Source: Macrostomum hystrix
Lineage: Eukaryota; Animalia; Platyhelminthes
Assembly (NCBI GenBank): GCA_950097015.1
Contig: CATNEN010000024.1
Coordinates: 5,580,001 to 5,644,000 of the forward strand
Length of the DNA stretch: 64,000 nucleotides
Direction: 5' to 3'
In this document: positions 1 to 10,426 of the stretch, one piece after another
How positions within the stretch are numbered: position 1 is the stretch's first letter
How the letters are laid out: each line of letters starts with the position of its first letter
Translations under genes and position numbers: made by a program
Notes under the pieces: model-generated
Seen by the model: the letters and a program-made list of their open reading frames with translations, nothing else
Databases searched by the model: none
Told to the model about the DNA's origin: nothing

Positions 1-503
1 GAGTGTACACGTTGCTCGGTGCGATCCACAGCGACATGATTGCTGAAAGTTCGCTTACCGATTGGTTGCTCTGCTTTGGATTTGATTTGCTTAGGCTTGA
101 GTATGCTTGGCTACTCAAATGCTGCCTCTACCCGGAGCAGACTATTCCGCTTTTATAGACTGCTCTGAAGGAAATTTCTGGACACTTCGATTCATCACTG
201 GCTTCTGGAAATTTCTAGAAATGCAGCTATTTTCAAAAATTTAGGAATAAAATGATTGTGTTTCTACTGTAAGTAGACTAAGTGCATATTTGAATTTTAT
301 CGTTTAGAAGTTTCTGGAACATTCCATGGACAATGCCTCAAAAAGCTTATCTAAAGGTTTAGCTAACCTAAAGGTTTTAGGAAGAACAAGCGCTAGAACA
401 CCCTGGTCAAGCGGGTAAGTTCGTTGTGGTTAATTGTTCAGCGAGAGAAATATAGCGAACGAATTCGCGTCTGTAAGTTTTCACAGCGCACTTTTCCTAC
501 AAA

Positions 504-1146
504 CAGTGTTGGGCGCTTTACCAAAAAAGTAACGGCGATGGCGGCAACAGTCGCTACTGACTATTTAATAACAGGAAAGTTGGGTGACGAAAAAAAACAA
601 AAAAGCAACGGTCGTTACTTTTAATCGTTACTTTCAGTTTTTTACACTTTTACCATAAAAAAGGCAATTTTTACGTAAGCATGTTATAAAAACGTGTAGC
701 TTTGTTTATCTGTCATCACTCATATCATATGTTGTAATCTTTAATAATCTTTAAAAGTGTCGTCAGAATAAAGTAACAGACTAGTCAGTCTATGGATTGA
801 CTAATTAATATTTCGCATAATTTGAAGGTCGCAACAAAATAAAAAACGTCGAATAAAAATAAATGCAAGATGTATTAATTTAAAACAAAAAAATCGAGTA
901 ATTCGAAAAAATATACTATTTAAAGGTTTCTTCATTACAACAAAAGAAATACTTTACAGTGCTCGTAATTTCTTTAAAAAAATTCGGTAACTGGTAACGC
1001 AGGTAACGGGAAATTCACACTGTTGGTAACGAATCGTTACCATCATTTTCGTCACCAGCCCGCGGTAACGCGAAAAACTAACGTTGCAAAAAAGTAACGA
1101 TCATTACCAAATTGGTACATAGAAACGAGTAGCGCGCCTAACATGG
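504..1146. mobile_element. Degenerate non-autonomous hAT-like MITE
   Basis: Left end CAGTGTTGGGCGCTTTAC (504) versus reverse complement of the right end CCATGTTAGGCGCGCTAC (1129-1146). Many GTAAC(G)/CGTTAC subterminal motifs at both ends, AT-rich core. Flanks CCTACAAA (496-503) and TCTGCAAA (1147-1154) match at 6/8, like a decayed 8-bp TSD. Confidence 0.5.
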
Positions 1147-1488
1147 TCTGCAAACTATTACAGAAAAAACACAGTATTCTCGCTGATTTCCACTGCTATT
1201 ATTTGTTTTCGTTGGTCTCTATTTGCCTTCAGTCAATAATCGCATAGACAAAAATCGTTAATTGCAGTCAGTATTTGAGGATAGGTTGGAAGAAAAAACT
1301 ATGAAAGGCAAAACTGGAATTAATTCCCAACCCAAGGACTGATGGCGAAACAGTTACTGAGTGAATTTGCACCGCAAACATCACAAATGATGCTGGAGAG
1401 AGTTGCATTATATCAGGGTTCCAGTTTCTCTGTCGCTCTACCACACAGCATCAGTTAGTCGCGTCTCATTAACTATCGACCTGTCAAA

Positions 1489-3366
1489 ATGAGTGATTGC
1501 TTGTCGCTGCGCTCAGTCTGTCAGGAAGATTCGAGTGCTGATTGCCTGCAGGAGAGCCATGAATGCATTGATGCCATCAGCGATTCCAGCAGCCCGCTGC
1601 TAGAGCTTATGCGAACTGGAAGCTGGGACACTTTTATACAACAGATTGACGCGCTGGATCCTGATCAACTGCTGGAGCTTCTGCTACCTGACTCCGCCGT
1701 CCAAGCAGCGGCCGCTCGCTTTAGAGATAGAAATCAGTCACTGAATTTGGACGGTGCTACAACGCCTCTGGTTGAGCTTCTGCTGACGCGTCAGACACAG
1801 TCGATTACGCATGCTATTCATCTACTGATATCGCCAGATAGTGACGTTCCAACGGTGCTGCTGCAACGCGCCAGGTTCACACTGTTTCAGTTGGTCGATA
1901 TTTGCCACAAAGGAGTCGTTCAGGAGAGGCACATGGCGGAATTATTCCAGGCCGTGTCACTAGAGCATCCAAAATTTTGGGCTGCTCTACTGTCGGTGGA
2001 GGCCACTGACGAAGCGCTCACTGCACTGGAGTATGCGGCTGTGTGGCGATGCTTTCATCTAGCAAGGGCGTTCATTGAATCGCCCGGGAGCCTGCGAGAG
2101 ACCATTGTTTGTCGCACTGATCCCCGGATGCGCATAGTCAGGTATGACATTTCTCAATACCACTGGCTGTCTGGCAGCAGGTTCACTAAGTCGCCATTCG
2201 TTCAGTTGGGACGCGCCACGGTTCAACTGCTCCACGAACGAATACCGGATGGGTTCGTGAGCTTCTACCACTGTCCCGCTGTTCAGGGTTACATTCGAGG
2301 CTCAAGCAATGTCCTCCTGTCGTCGAATAGCGCCATAGTCATGATGGTGTTCTACTTACTCTACTGTCTGATCTATATCACCACCATCACTGTCCAGTTG
2401 TTTACGCGCGGTCAGTTTCGACTGGATAGCATAGTTCGAGTTGCCGACACGTCGGAAAATGACACCTCATCGTGTTATTTGGAGCTGTTACCGCAGTCAT
2501 TTCTGACGTCTTTTCGTTTCCTGAAATTTGTGCGCATCGCGCTGCAGATCGCGTCCTTTCTTACCACAGGCCTGCATCTGGTCGCTTCTTGCCTAAGCAA
2601 CTGGAGTTTACCGAGAGCATCCAGGCGGCACTGGATCGTCCTGCACTGGCTGCGCAGCACCTATACCTTTGCTTCGGATATACGCGAAGGATTATTTCTT
2701 GGGCTCATGTGTTTTCAGTTGTACTATTTCCTAAGTGAAGTAGAATTCATAATGCCAGCTAATTACATCTACGTCAATGGGACAGCTTTTGTTAATCCGC
2801 TAACATTTAAACTAGCATTTACTATGCATTCATCCTTTCTTTTGCTGATACTTACTTACTTCATTAACAGTTTGTCCTACTATCATAGGATCTTCTTTTT
2901 TCTGACTAACAGTCTTCAGGAGATGGTCAAAGTCCTGTACATCGTTCTTTTTCCGCTCTTTATAATATGCATGGCGTCGATAATTTGCTATCCGTTTTCC
3001 AATTCGAACAGCAGCAAGAGCATCATTGAGCAGGTGATTCTTTTGGTGGTCAATGCTACCCGTTTCGTGTTTTCACTGACGGACTTTGCTGACCCGAGAA
3101 ACTTAATACTACTGTGGATCCAACCATTGCTTTACGTTATAGTTTCAATATTTGTTTTGAATTTATATGTCGCCTTGCTAACAATGAGACTAACGATTTT
3201 GGAGCATGACGTGGAGCTAAAGCAGGCAATGCGAATAATTGATGTGCAGCACCAGGCCTTTCTTGGAATTCGTTACCTGCGATTTTTCGACCAGATCATT
3301 AGTCGGAAACCTAGAAGTTTAATCGCCGAAGAGATTCTATTAAGAGTGACGACGCAATCTAATTAA
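1489..3366 (+). CDS. Intronless divergent TRP-family (TRPV-like) cation channel, 625 aa
   Basis: Uninterrupted ORF. Helical/ankyrin-like N-half (LTALEYAAVWRCFHLARAFIE), TRPV-like pre-S1 segment (IVRYDISQ...), about 6 hydrophobic segments, pore-helix-like NATRFVFSLTDF, S6 VLNLYVALLT (cf. LNMLIALM), TRP-helix-like KQAMRIIDVQ (cf. QRAITILDTE). Confidence 0.7.
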   Translation: MSDCLSLRSVCQEDSSADCLQESHECIDAISDSSSPLLELMRTGSWDTFIQQIDALDPDQLLELLLPDSAVQAAAARFRDRNQSLNLDGATTPLVELLLTRQTQSITHAIHLLISPDSDVPTVLLQRARFTLFQLVDICHKGVVQERHMAELFQAVSLEHPKFWAALLSVEATDEALTALEYAAVWRCFHLARAFIESPGSLRETIVCRTDPRMRIVRYDISQYHWLSGSRFTKSPFVQLGRATVQLLHERIPDGFVSFYHCPAVQGYIRGSSNVLLSSNSAIVMMVFYLLYCLIYITTITVQLFTRGQFRLDSIVRVADTSENDTSSCYLELLPQSFLTSFRFLKFVRIALQIASFLTTGLHLVASCLSNWSLPRASRRHWIVLHWLRSTYTFASDIREGLFLGLMCFQLYYFLSEVEFIMPANYIYVNGTAFVNPLTFKLAFTMHSSFLLLILTYFINSLSYYHRIFFFLTNSLQEMVKVLYIVLFPLFIICMASIICYPFSNSNSSKSIIEQVILLVVNATRFVFSLTDFADPRNLILLWIQPLLYVIVSIFVLNLYVALLTMRLTILEHDVELKQAMRIIDVQHQAFLGIRYLRFFDQIISRKPRSLIAEEILLRVTTQSN

Positions 3367-4399
3367 TAATGACTAAGGATTGATAATTATATATTTAACA
3401 CCTCTACTTATTCTGTAATATGCTTTATATAAGGTATTCATTATGAAAAATATAGCTTCTGATATACGCTCGTAACTATAAATATATATTAAAAGCTTGC
3501 TTCAATCGTATCATATTTTTATCTATTAGAGCTAATGTAAATGTATTTGCACCCCAAATCGTTAAGTTCGACTTCTAAAACTACGAGTATTATAGTTTCA
3601 TATGGATGATTCATCATAGACTTTAATAAACGAGCAAGTTGTAATAACTAATTCTACGAGTAACGTAACGTGTTCTGTACTGGACATTTCACATTAGTCG
3701 AATACTCTATTCTACTGTATGCACAGAGCCTCAGGTTCTTTTGATGCTCTTCGTCATTTAAGGAAACCAAAAGCGATAACTATATGCATGCCGTATTATT
3801 TCTCGTACTATTAAATATTTCTAAAAGCTTCAGACGGTCGATATATCCTCCCTAGTCCTACATCTATACTTTGATAAGAACTTGGCAGTTTCGAGTCTTT
3901 TGACGTTGCATTTAAAAGTTACGCATGCAAAGAAATGGTTTTATCTCTAAAACTTACAAGTACTTAATTTAATCCAATTTAATCCACAAGGACCCCTAGG
4001 AGTAGAGCACTAGGTCCTTAGGCAGAAGAAAGAGGAGAAGACAGATTTCCTTTACAGTTACTACAGCGTTCCTTCCTTTCCGACCACCGATGCGGAGTCA
4101 CAGTTTTCAAAAACATGGTGAGGGATAATAATAAAAAACTATTTTTTCCACATATAAATAATGGAGCTGTCACTATTAAAATGTATACATCGCCGTTCTC
4201 AGTTATCGCTAATCATACTTATTGATACAAATGTAACTAACAGTTGTTAGAAATCAGCTAAATCCGGAAGAAATAGAGTGCAAGTTCAAAAGAGATTTGT
4301 AGTTGTCTAATTGAAGCCTTGCTGAAAAAAACTACTTAATCTCCAACATGCAATATGGCGGCTTAGCCTTAGCACAAGCGATAGCACAATTGACCGGTG

Positions 4400-4830
4400 C
4401 TTTAACATCTAAAATATTATTTCTACCTCATTATACAACAAACTTCCTCATCCTTGTCAGTTTTGTAGACTACAAAAAGGCATTTGAAAGTCTACACCTT
4501 GCTACTCTCTGCTCTGGTATAATTTTATAAAGTCCACAGATCTGGTATTAAAGGCAAAATGATAAACTAATTGAGAAGATGTAGGCCCTACTCAAAAGCA
4601 ACTTTCTTCCTTAGCTTGGATAAAAACAAAGTAACTTATATGTCACAAAAAGTCACAAAAGGTGTGCTCCAGGAGTCCAAGGCAACCCTCTTTCCACAAC
4701 TTTTTTGAACTTTATATTGATAGGCCTAACCCGGTGGAATTTATTAACCTCTCGGCCTACACCTATGACTCTCCTCACACCTAACCACAATGGCATTATT
4801 GAAATTTTCCACTAGGGGGCCTAGGCCTAC
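4400..4830 (+). pseudogene. Decayed non-LTR retrotransposon reverse-transcriptase fragment
   Basis: Broken frames read FVDYKKAFES (cf. FxDFxKAFD), KGVLQ...GNPL...FELYID (cf. GVPQGxxLSPxLFNxYID) and AYTYD (cf. YADD), with stops and frameshifts. Confidence 0.6.
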
Positions 4831-4999
4831 TTTTGCAAGTGCACCTACTTTAAAGACATTAGAAATAAAATCTTCAATAAGGACTCTCTGTTAAAAATAC
4901 TTCTATAAACTAGGGCTTAGATCCAACCATTCCTATATTAAAACAGACAATAAATTTGTCAATTTTTCTCTTGTAAGATCAACTTTCTATTTAAACTTT

Positions 5000-5350
5000 C
5001 TTAATTTGCCATGTCTTTTCTCCTCCTCTCTTTTTCCTTTCTTTCCCGTCCTTTCCCTTTTTCCTTTCCTGTCTTGTGCTTCTTCTCTTCTCTTTTCCCC
5101 TTGTCTTCTTTTTCTCTCTCCTCTTCTCTTTTTGCCTTTTTGCTTTTCTCACATCCCTTCTCAGTTTCCTGTTTGTGTCCTTAAGGTATCAGTGTCTAGG
5201 GCCTACCTGTTTTAGCTACTGTTTTTGTTTGCCACTTTCCCTCTTTGTTCTGCTATCTTTTTCTATTTCTTTTTTTGTTCTCTTCACTTTTTGTCATTCA
5301 TATTGCTAGGCCTATCTTTGTTTTTGTGCATTTCCAAACATTGCCAGGTA
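5000..5350. repeat. Pyrimidine-rich (CT/T) low-complexity tract
   Basis: Almost purine-free plus strand. The ORFs called here are F/L/S-rich artefacts. Confidence 0.8.
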
Positions 5351-6793
5351 TACCTCTTTTTGTATTCTTTAAAACTCCTTCTATACTTAACAGTTTGTTA
5401 AGGCTTTGCTGCTTGCCTAAGCCAAATATCAAATATAAATATATATATCAAGAGGCCTATCAAAAGCTAGTTATCTGAACTAAACACAATTAAATAGGCC
5501 AAATAGCAAATAGTAGTAATAGACCTAACACTAAATAACAATTTGCAATAGACTAGGCCCTATGTCATTATGCCAATTGAGGCAGTTAAGAAACATTTGA
5601 TAGGCCCCTAAGCCAAACTATTGAGCCAGTAGGCTGAGTAGGCCTACATAGCTATAGCCTATGGCAATCCTCTAGATTTGTACATATAATTTTTTCATGA
5701 AAGATGATGACTTTAAAAGCTAGTGCAAATGAATTTTGAATTTTGAGTGGGTTTTTGAATGATATAGCAGTGTGTGGCTACGTCTATGGCCAAAACCAAA
5801 TAGAAAGAAAGAAAAAAGCGATGGAGCATCATGAGAAGGGAAAAGTTATTTTATTATTGCCTTGCCCTGTTATCATTCTATTGCGAGTAGTTTACTACTA
5901 CACCATCTGAGCAATGTGCTTGCCTAAAATAAACTTAGGGCCTACTAGTTTTTTAGCTTTAAAAATTATTTATTAGCCTGTCCCATTTGTCACTTCTACT
6001 CCACTCTATACTTTTTATACTTATGTCCATTGTAGATGTAGATAGTAGATGGCTGAAAATAAGATAACAACAAAAATTATTCAAACAAAGTTTCTTTTGT
6101 TTCCTTTATTTAGGAATGCTGGTGCTTGTTAGTTTTCTAATTATAGCAAATAAGTATCAACTTTTGCTATAATTTATGTAAATAAGATAGGTTGCTTATT
6201 TATTATAATAAAATTATAAAATGCTGCTCTCAGATGCATATGCTTAGTTTAAGCTTTACAATAGAAGTCACTTAGATTCTGAGAAGTTTCGGTTTAAACT
6301 ATTGTGTATTATTTTTATAATTAGTTGATATGGCTTGATAAGCATTTTTAGTAGACATTGGTTATTAAATAATGAGGGCTTTTTTAGGTTTGTTCAGATT
6401 GAGCCCATCTAAGCAGAGCTAAAAATGCAACCTTATGTAAAATATCCCTGGTAAATTGATCTTACATATCTTTATTTAAGTTTTGCCTATATTTTTGAGC
6501 TATAAATAGCAGACAGTTATTTCTTGTATCCTTTTGATTTACATGAAATTTTGCTTTAGGTTTCTATTAAGCAGGATAATCATCATTTTTTGCCAATAAA
6601 TTACTACATCTAATTCATTAATGATTAGGCCTACAAGCTACAAGAGTAATTACCCCAGTAACATGTAAAAGATAGCAACCACATGACACAACTCTTCCAG
6701 GTCTGCTTGGCTGCACAGTTCAACTTACCTGCCTAATTATCTGTTCCTCCTCCATTAAGTACCCCTACCAGTCTCAGAGTCTCAGCATCTGTC

Positions 6794-7420
6794 ATGTCCC
6801 TGACCGCGTCTTTGCGCTGTTTTTCAATCCTACGGCCGGGTGCAACCGCCATCAGCCGCCAGCACCTGCCGTTGTCTATGGCTGCCTCCTGTCAGCGTCG
6901 GCTGTTGTCATCGCCGGCGCTTCAGCGTCAGCAGCCCGAGCTGCAACCGGCCGGCATCGATGGCGGCCCGCCAGCCTCTTTAACTTCTCCGGCTGTGCGC
7001 GAACTTGCCCAACGAATCTGCCAGCTGAGCCTGCTAGAGGTGGCCGAGCTCAGTCGCCAGTTGCAGTCGGATTTGGGCGTCTCGGCCCAGCCAGCCCTGC
7101 CAGCCGATGCGTTGAAAGCACTCGTTAGCGGCGCCGCCAGTGCCGGAGCCAACGCCGCAGCCGGGTCCGCCACCGACGCCGCCGGTGCCGCTGCCGCTGT
7201 CAAGACGGCATTCAATCTGAAGCTGATCAAATTCGACGCCGCCAAAAAGGTGGCCCTCATCAAGGAGTTAAAGGCGCGCAATCCCGCACTGAATCTGGTG
7301 CAGACCAAGAAGCTCGTGGAATCGGCGCCGGCTGTGGTTGTCAACGATCTCACCAAGGATGAGGCCGAGGCCATGAAGACAGCCCTGGAACAGATTGGCG
7401 CCACCATTGAGATAGAATGA
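6794..7420 (+). CDS. MRPL12: Mitochondrial ribosomal protein L12 (bL12m), intronless, 208 aa
   Basis: Arg/Ser/Leu-rich mitochondrial presequence, N-domain LSLLEVAELSRQL, Ala-rich hinge, C-domain KTAFNLKLIKFDAAKKVALIKELK...LNLVQTKKLVESAP...TKDEAEAMKTALEQIGATIEIE typical of L7/L12. Confidence 0.93.
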   Translation: MSLTASLRCFSILRPGATAISRQHLPLSMAASCQRRLLSSPALQRQQPELQPAGIDGGPPASLTSPAVRELAQRICQLSLLEVAELSRQLQSDLGVSAQPALPADALKALVSGAASAGANAAAGSATDAAGAAAAVKTAFNLKLIKFDAAKKVALIKELKARNPALNLVQTKKLVESAPAVVVNDLTKDEAEAMKTALEQIGATIEIE

Positions 7421-7734
7421 TTGGACTAAAGGAGCACATTTTAAATAGAACTCTGTAGTCATTAGTGCTTTTATTATTATTAATGTTGAAACTGTGCGTT
7501 TGCGAGGACATTGCTTGCTAATATTGAAGCTAAAATTGCGTGTACAAAAGGTTTTGCCTCCTTTTGCGAATGCTAATTTTTTAACATTATAAATATAAGA
7601 CCGGCTTCTTGTCCTTTTGTTTCCTGGCTAGTTTATTCTTTCATCTTTCGGAGATTTTTTTGCCGGTGAAGTTCTAAAAATTGCAAGATCTGTTCTCATG
7701 ACTTTCTGGCATTTATTTTATTTTATTCTGGAAT

Positions 7735-8040
7735 GTACAGTTTATAGATGTTCATTTTGGGGAATGTGCGGTTTATAGATGTTTATTTAGAGGAATTCAC
7801 AGTGCTTTAGATGTTTCTTGGGGAATGTGCAGTTTATGGATGTTCATTTTAGGGAATGTGCAGTTTATGGATGTTCATTTTCGGGAATGTACAGTTTATG
7901 GATGTTCACTTTGGGGAATGTACAGTTTATGGATGTTCATTTTGGGGAATGTACAGTTTATAAATGTTCACTTTAAGGAATGTGCAGTTTATGGATGTTC
8001 ATTTTAGGGAATGTGCCATTTTTGGGACGTTCGTTTTGTG
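7735..8040. repeat. About 31-bp minisatellite (GGGGAATGTACAGTTTATGGATGTTCATTTT)
   Basis: About 9 degenerate tandem copies read directly. Confidence 0.85.
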
Positions 8041-8346
8041 GATTGTGCCGTATATCGGATTTAAAGTGTTTTGGGATTCTACTCGTTTACTCTTTTTAAA
8101 AGCATGTAGTAAATACATTCTCTACTTTAAGTAGTCTACAGTGTAAAGCAGTCGGTCGCATATTATTAGAATATTCTTCAGCGAGCTTCAACCCCATGTA
8201 GCAATTATTCATCCCATCTGGCCAGGACACTGAGGGATGGGCGAGTGTAATTAAAGCTGCCGCTATTCCGTCATCGATTGCATTACACCAGATGGCTGGG
8301 ATCCCGTAGCAGTAATCTCGCCTATCGGTTGACTTGTCTGTGGGTC

Positions 8347-8350
<4 letters not shown>

Positions 8351-8395
<45 letters not shown>
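8351..8395. repeat. (TG)n microsatellite
   Basis: About 22 perfect TG units. Confidence 0.97.
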
Positions 8396-8398
<3 letters not shown>

Positions 8399-8912
8399 AC
8401 GGACAGGGAGGTTAAAGGGAAAACTGATTGAACGTGGTAGAAGTCGTATTGTTTTCTCCCAACCGTAAAATTCTTCCCACTTAATGAAATGCTCGCGATC
8501 ACCACAGCCGAGCCGCCACTTACCACAGTTTCTTCTTGCCAATGGCGCACACTCCATCCCTGGCCTTTCTAAGAGTGTGCACTATAACATGCGTAGTGTG
8601 CAATGAATGTGTTCCGCATGCGCTGGCGGCGATAATTGGATCCTCAGAAATTGTGTATAGTGTCCGACTTTTTTGTAGAATAGGTCTGGCGCGGACGGAA
8701 GGAAAATGGATTCGAACAGCCGATCGATGCAGACGTGCGGCAGCAGACTATCGAAGCCTCCGTCCATTCCATCAGCCAGTCTGACTAGCCGCCCACCCCG
8801 CCTCCGTGTCTTTGCGCGAGTATAACTCTTTTACTTTTCACCTCACCTCCCATGACCCTAGATTAATAGGCCTGCAGTTCGCATTATTGTTAAGCTCCAA
8901 TACTCGGTCACA

Positions 8913-9680
8913 ATGGGTAATAGCCAGGTCGCTGGTTCGAGCCGTCATCGCCCGGCCGGCTGGCCGCGCAATCAAAAATGCGTCGGCCCGGTCGACGCTC
9001 CGGCCCTAAAATCGCCAACCCGACCCGCCGAAGTAAAGCAACTGCAGAAGATTCAACAACTGATGCCTCCTTCGCCGACTATCGAACATCAACCGCGTCC
9101 GACTTCACCGCCTCCTCAACCTCCTCCGACACCTCCACCAGCGACTCCGTCCCTGCCGCCTTCCACTCGGTTTAATTCGGCTTCGTTCTGCAATGACGAT
9201 CATCTGTTTCCAGACGCCGTGACGCCAGTGAAAGTGGATCGTCGACTAGTCGACAACTACGACATCCCCTACATCGACGACTGCTTGGTCGATGCGGAAG
9301 GCATCGGTGACAAGTTCGAGCTGTCAGCGTACTACTTTGCCGAGGACCTGCGCTGGTCCCTGATCCTGCAGGACGCCGCTCCCCGACTGGCTGAGAGCGA
9401 AGAATTTCCTGCTGAGTTTGGTGAGCGTCCGATTTTGAAAACTCTGATAAGATTGTCATGCTACTTAGAGTAGATATTCTAGTTAAACTTCCTTAAAATC
9501 ATCCTGGCTTAGTAATATTTGAATCTAATTTCAGAGGCCAATTTGTACACCCCCGAGTCACACCGGTTGGTTGGAGCCACTGATTCCAGTAATGAGAAGC
9601 GCGGATTTAGAAACAGGCTGCTGCGGCTCTTTCGCAGAACCGACAGGCGAGATCCAACCCGACCGGGTGCGACAGCTTGA
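8913..9680 (+). CDS. Putative 2-exon orphan proline-rich protein (exons 8913-9420, 9535-9680)
   Basis: ORF from MGNSQ. Donor G|GTGAG at 9421 and acceptor TTTCAG at 9534 join in phase 1, and exon 2 reads EANLYTPESHRLVG...RRDPTRPGATA* (TGA 9678-9680). GC-rich coding-like composition. No recognisable domain. Confidence 0.55.
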
Positions 9681-9769
9681 CTGCAATGACCTCTGAGAGC
9701 TGTAAATACCCGACACTACAGTTGTATTTTTCAGTTCATCACCTGTATCTCTATCTCTCACCTAGCTAT

Positions 9770-10165
9770 TCAACTGTCTCACCTGTCTCTTCCACTCTCT
9801 CACCTGTCTCTTCCACTCTCTCACCTGTCTCTTCCACTCTCTTACCTATCTCTTCCACTCTCTCACCTGTCTCTTCCACTCTCTTACCTATCTCTTCCAC
9901 TCTCTCACCTGTCTCTTCCACTCTTTCACCTGTGTCTTCCACTCTCTCACCTGTCTCTTTCACTCTCTCACCTATCTCTTTCACTCTCTCACCTGTCTCT
10001 TCCACTCTCTCACCTGTCTCTTCCACTCTCTCACCTGTCTCTTTCACTCTCTTACCTGTCTCTTCTACTCTCTCACCTGTCTCTTCCACTCTCTCACCTG
10101 TCTCTTCCACTCTCTCACCTGTCTCTTCCACTCTCTCACCTGTCTCTCTCACTCTCTCTCACCTG
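9770..10165. repeat. 21-bp minisatellite (CTCTCTCACCTGTCTCTTCCA)
   Basis: About 19 tandem copies just 3' of the orphan gene. Explains the SSTLSPV and ETGERVE ORFs. Confidence 0.92.
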
Positions 10166-10426
10166 TCTCTTCCAATCTCCCCCATTCCAACTCTACTAAA
10201 TTATTTCATCTGAACAAGCCCAGCATAAAAGCCTGAAGAACTTGAAAAAGTCGTCGATGATGAAAAATGCCTCAGCTTTGCAATTTTCTTTCTAATTATG
10301 AAAAAACTTTCCATTTTGGAGGTGTTTTTTTGAAGCGAAATGTTGACCGTTTCATGAAGTTTATACAATGCATGAACATGTAAATTACCCGATTGTGACA
10401 TTTGATCGAGAATAAATTATATTATA

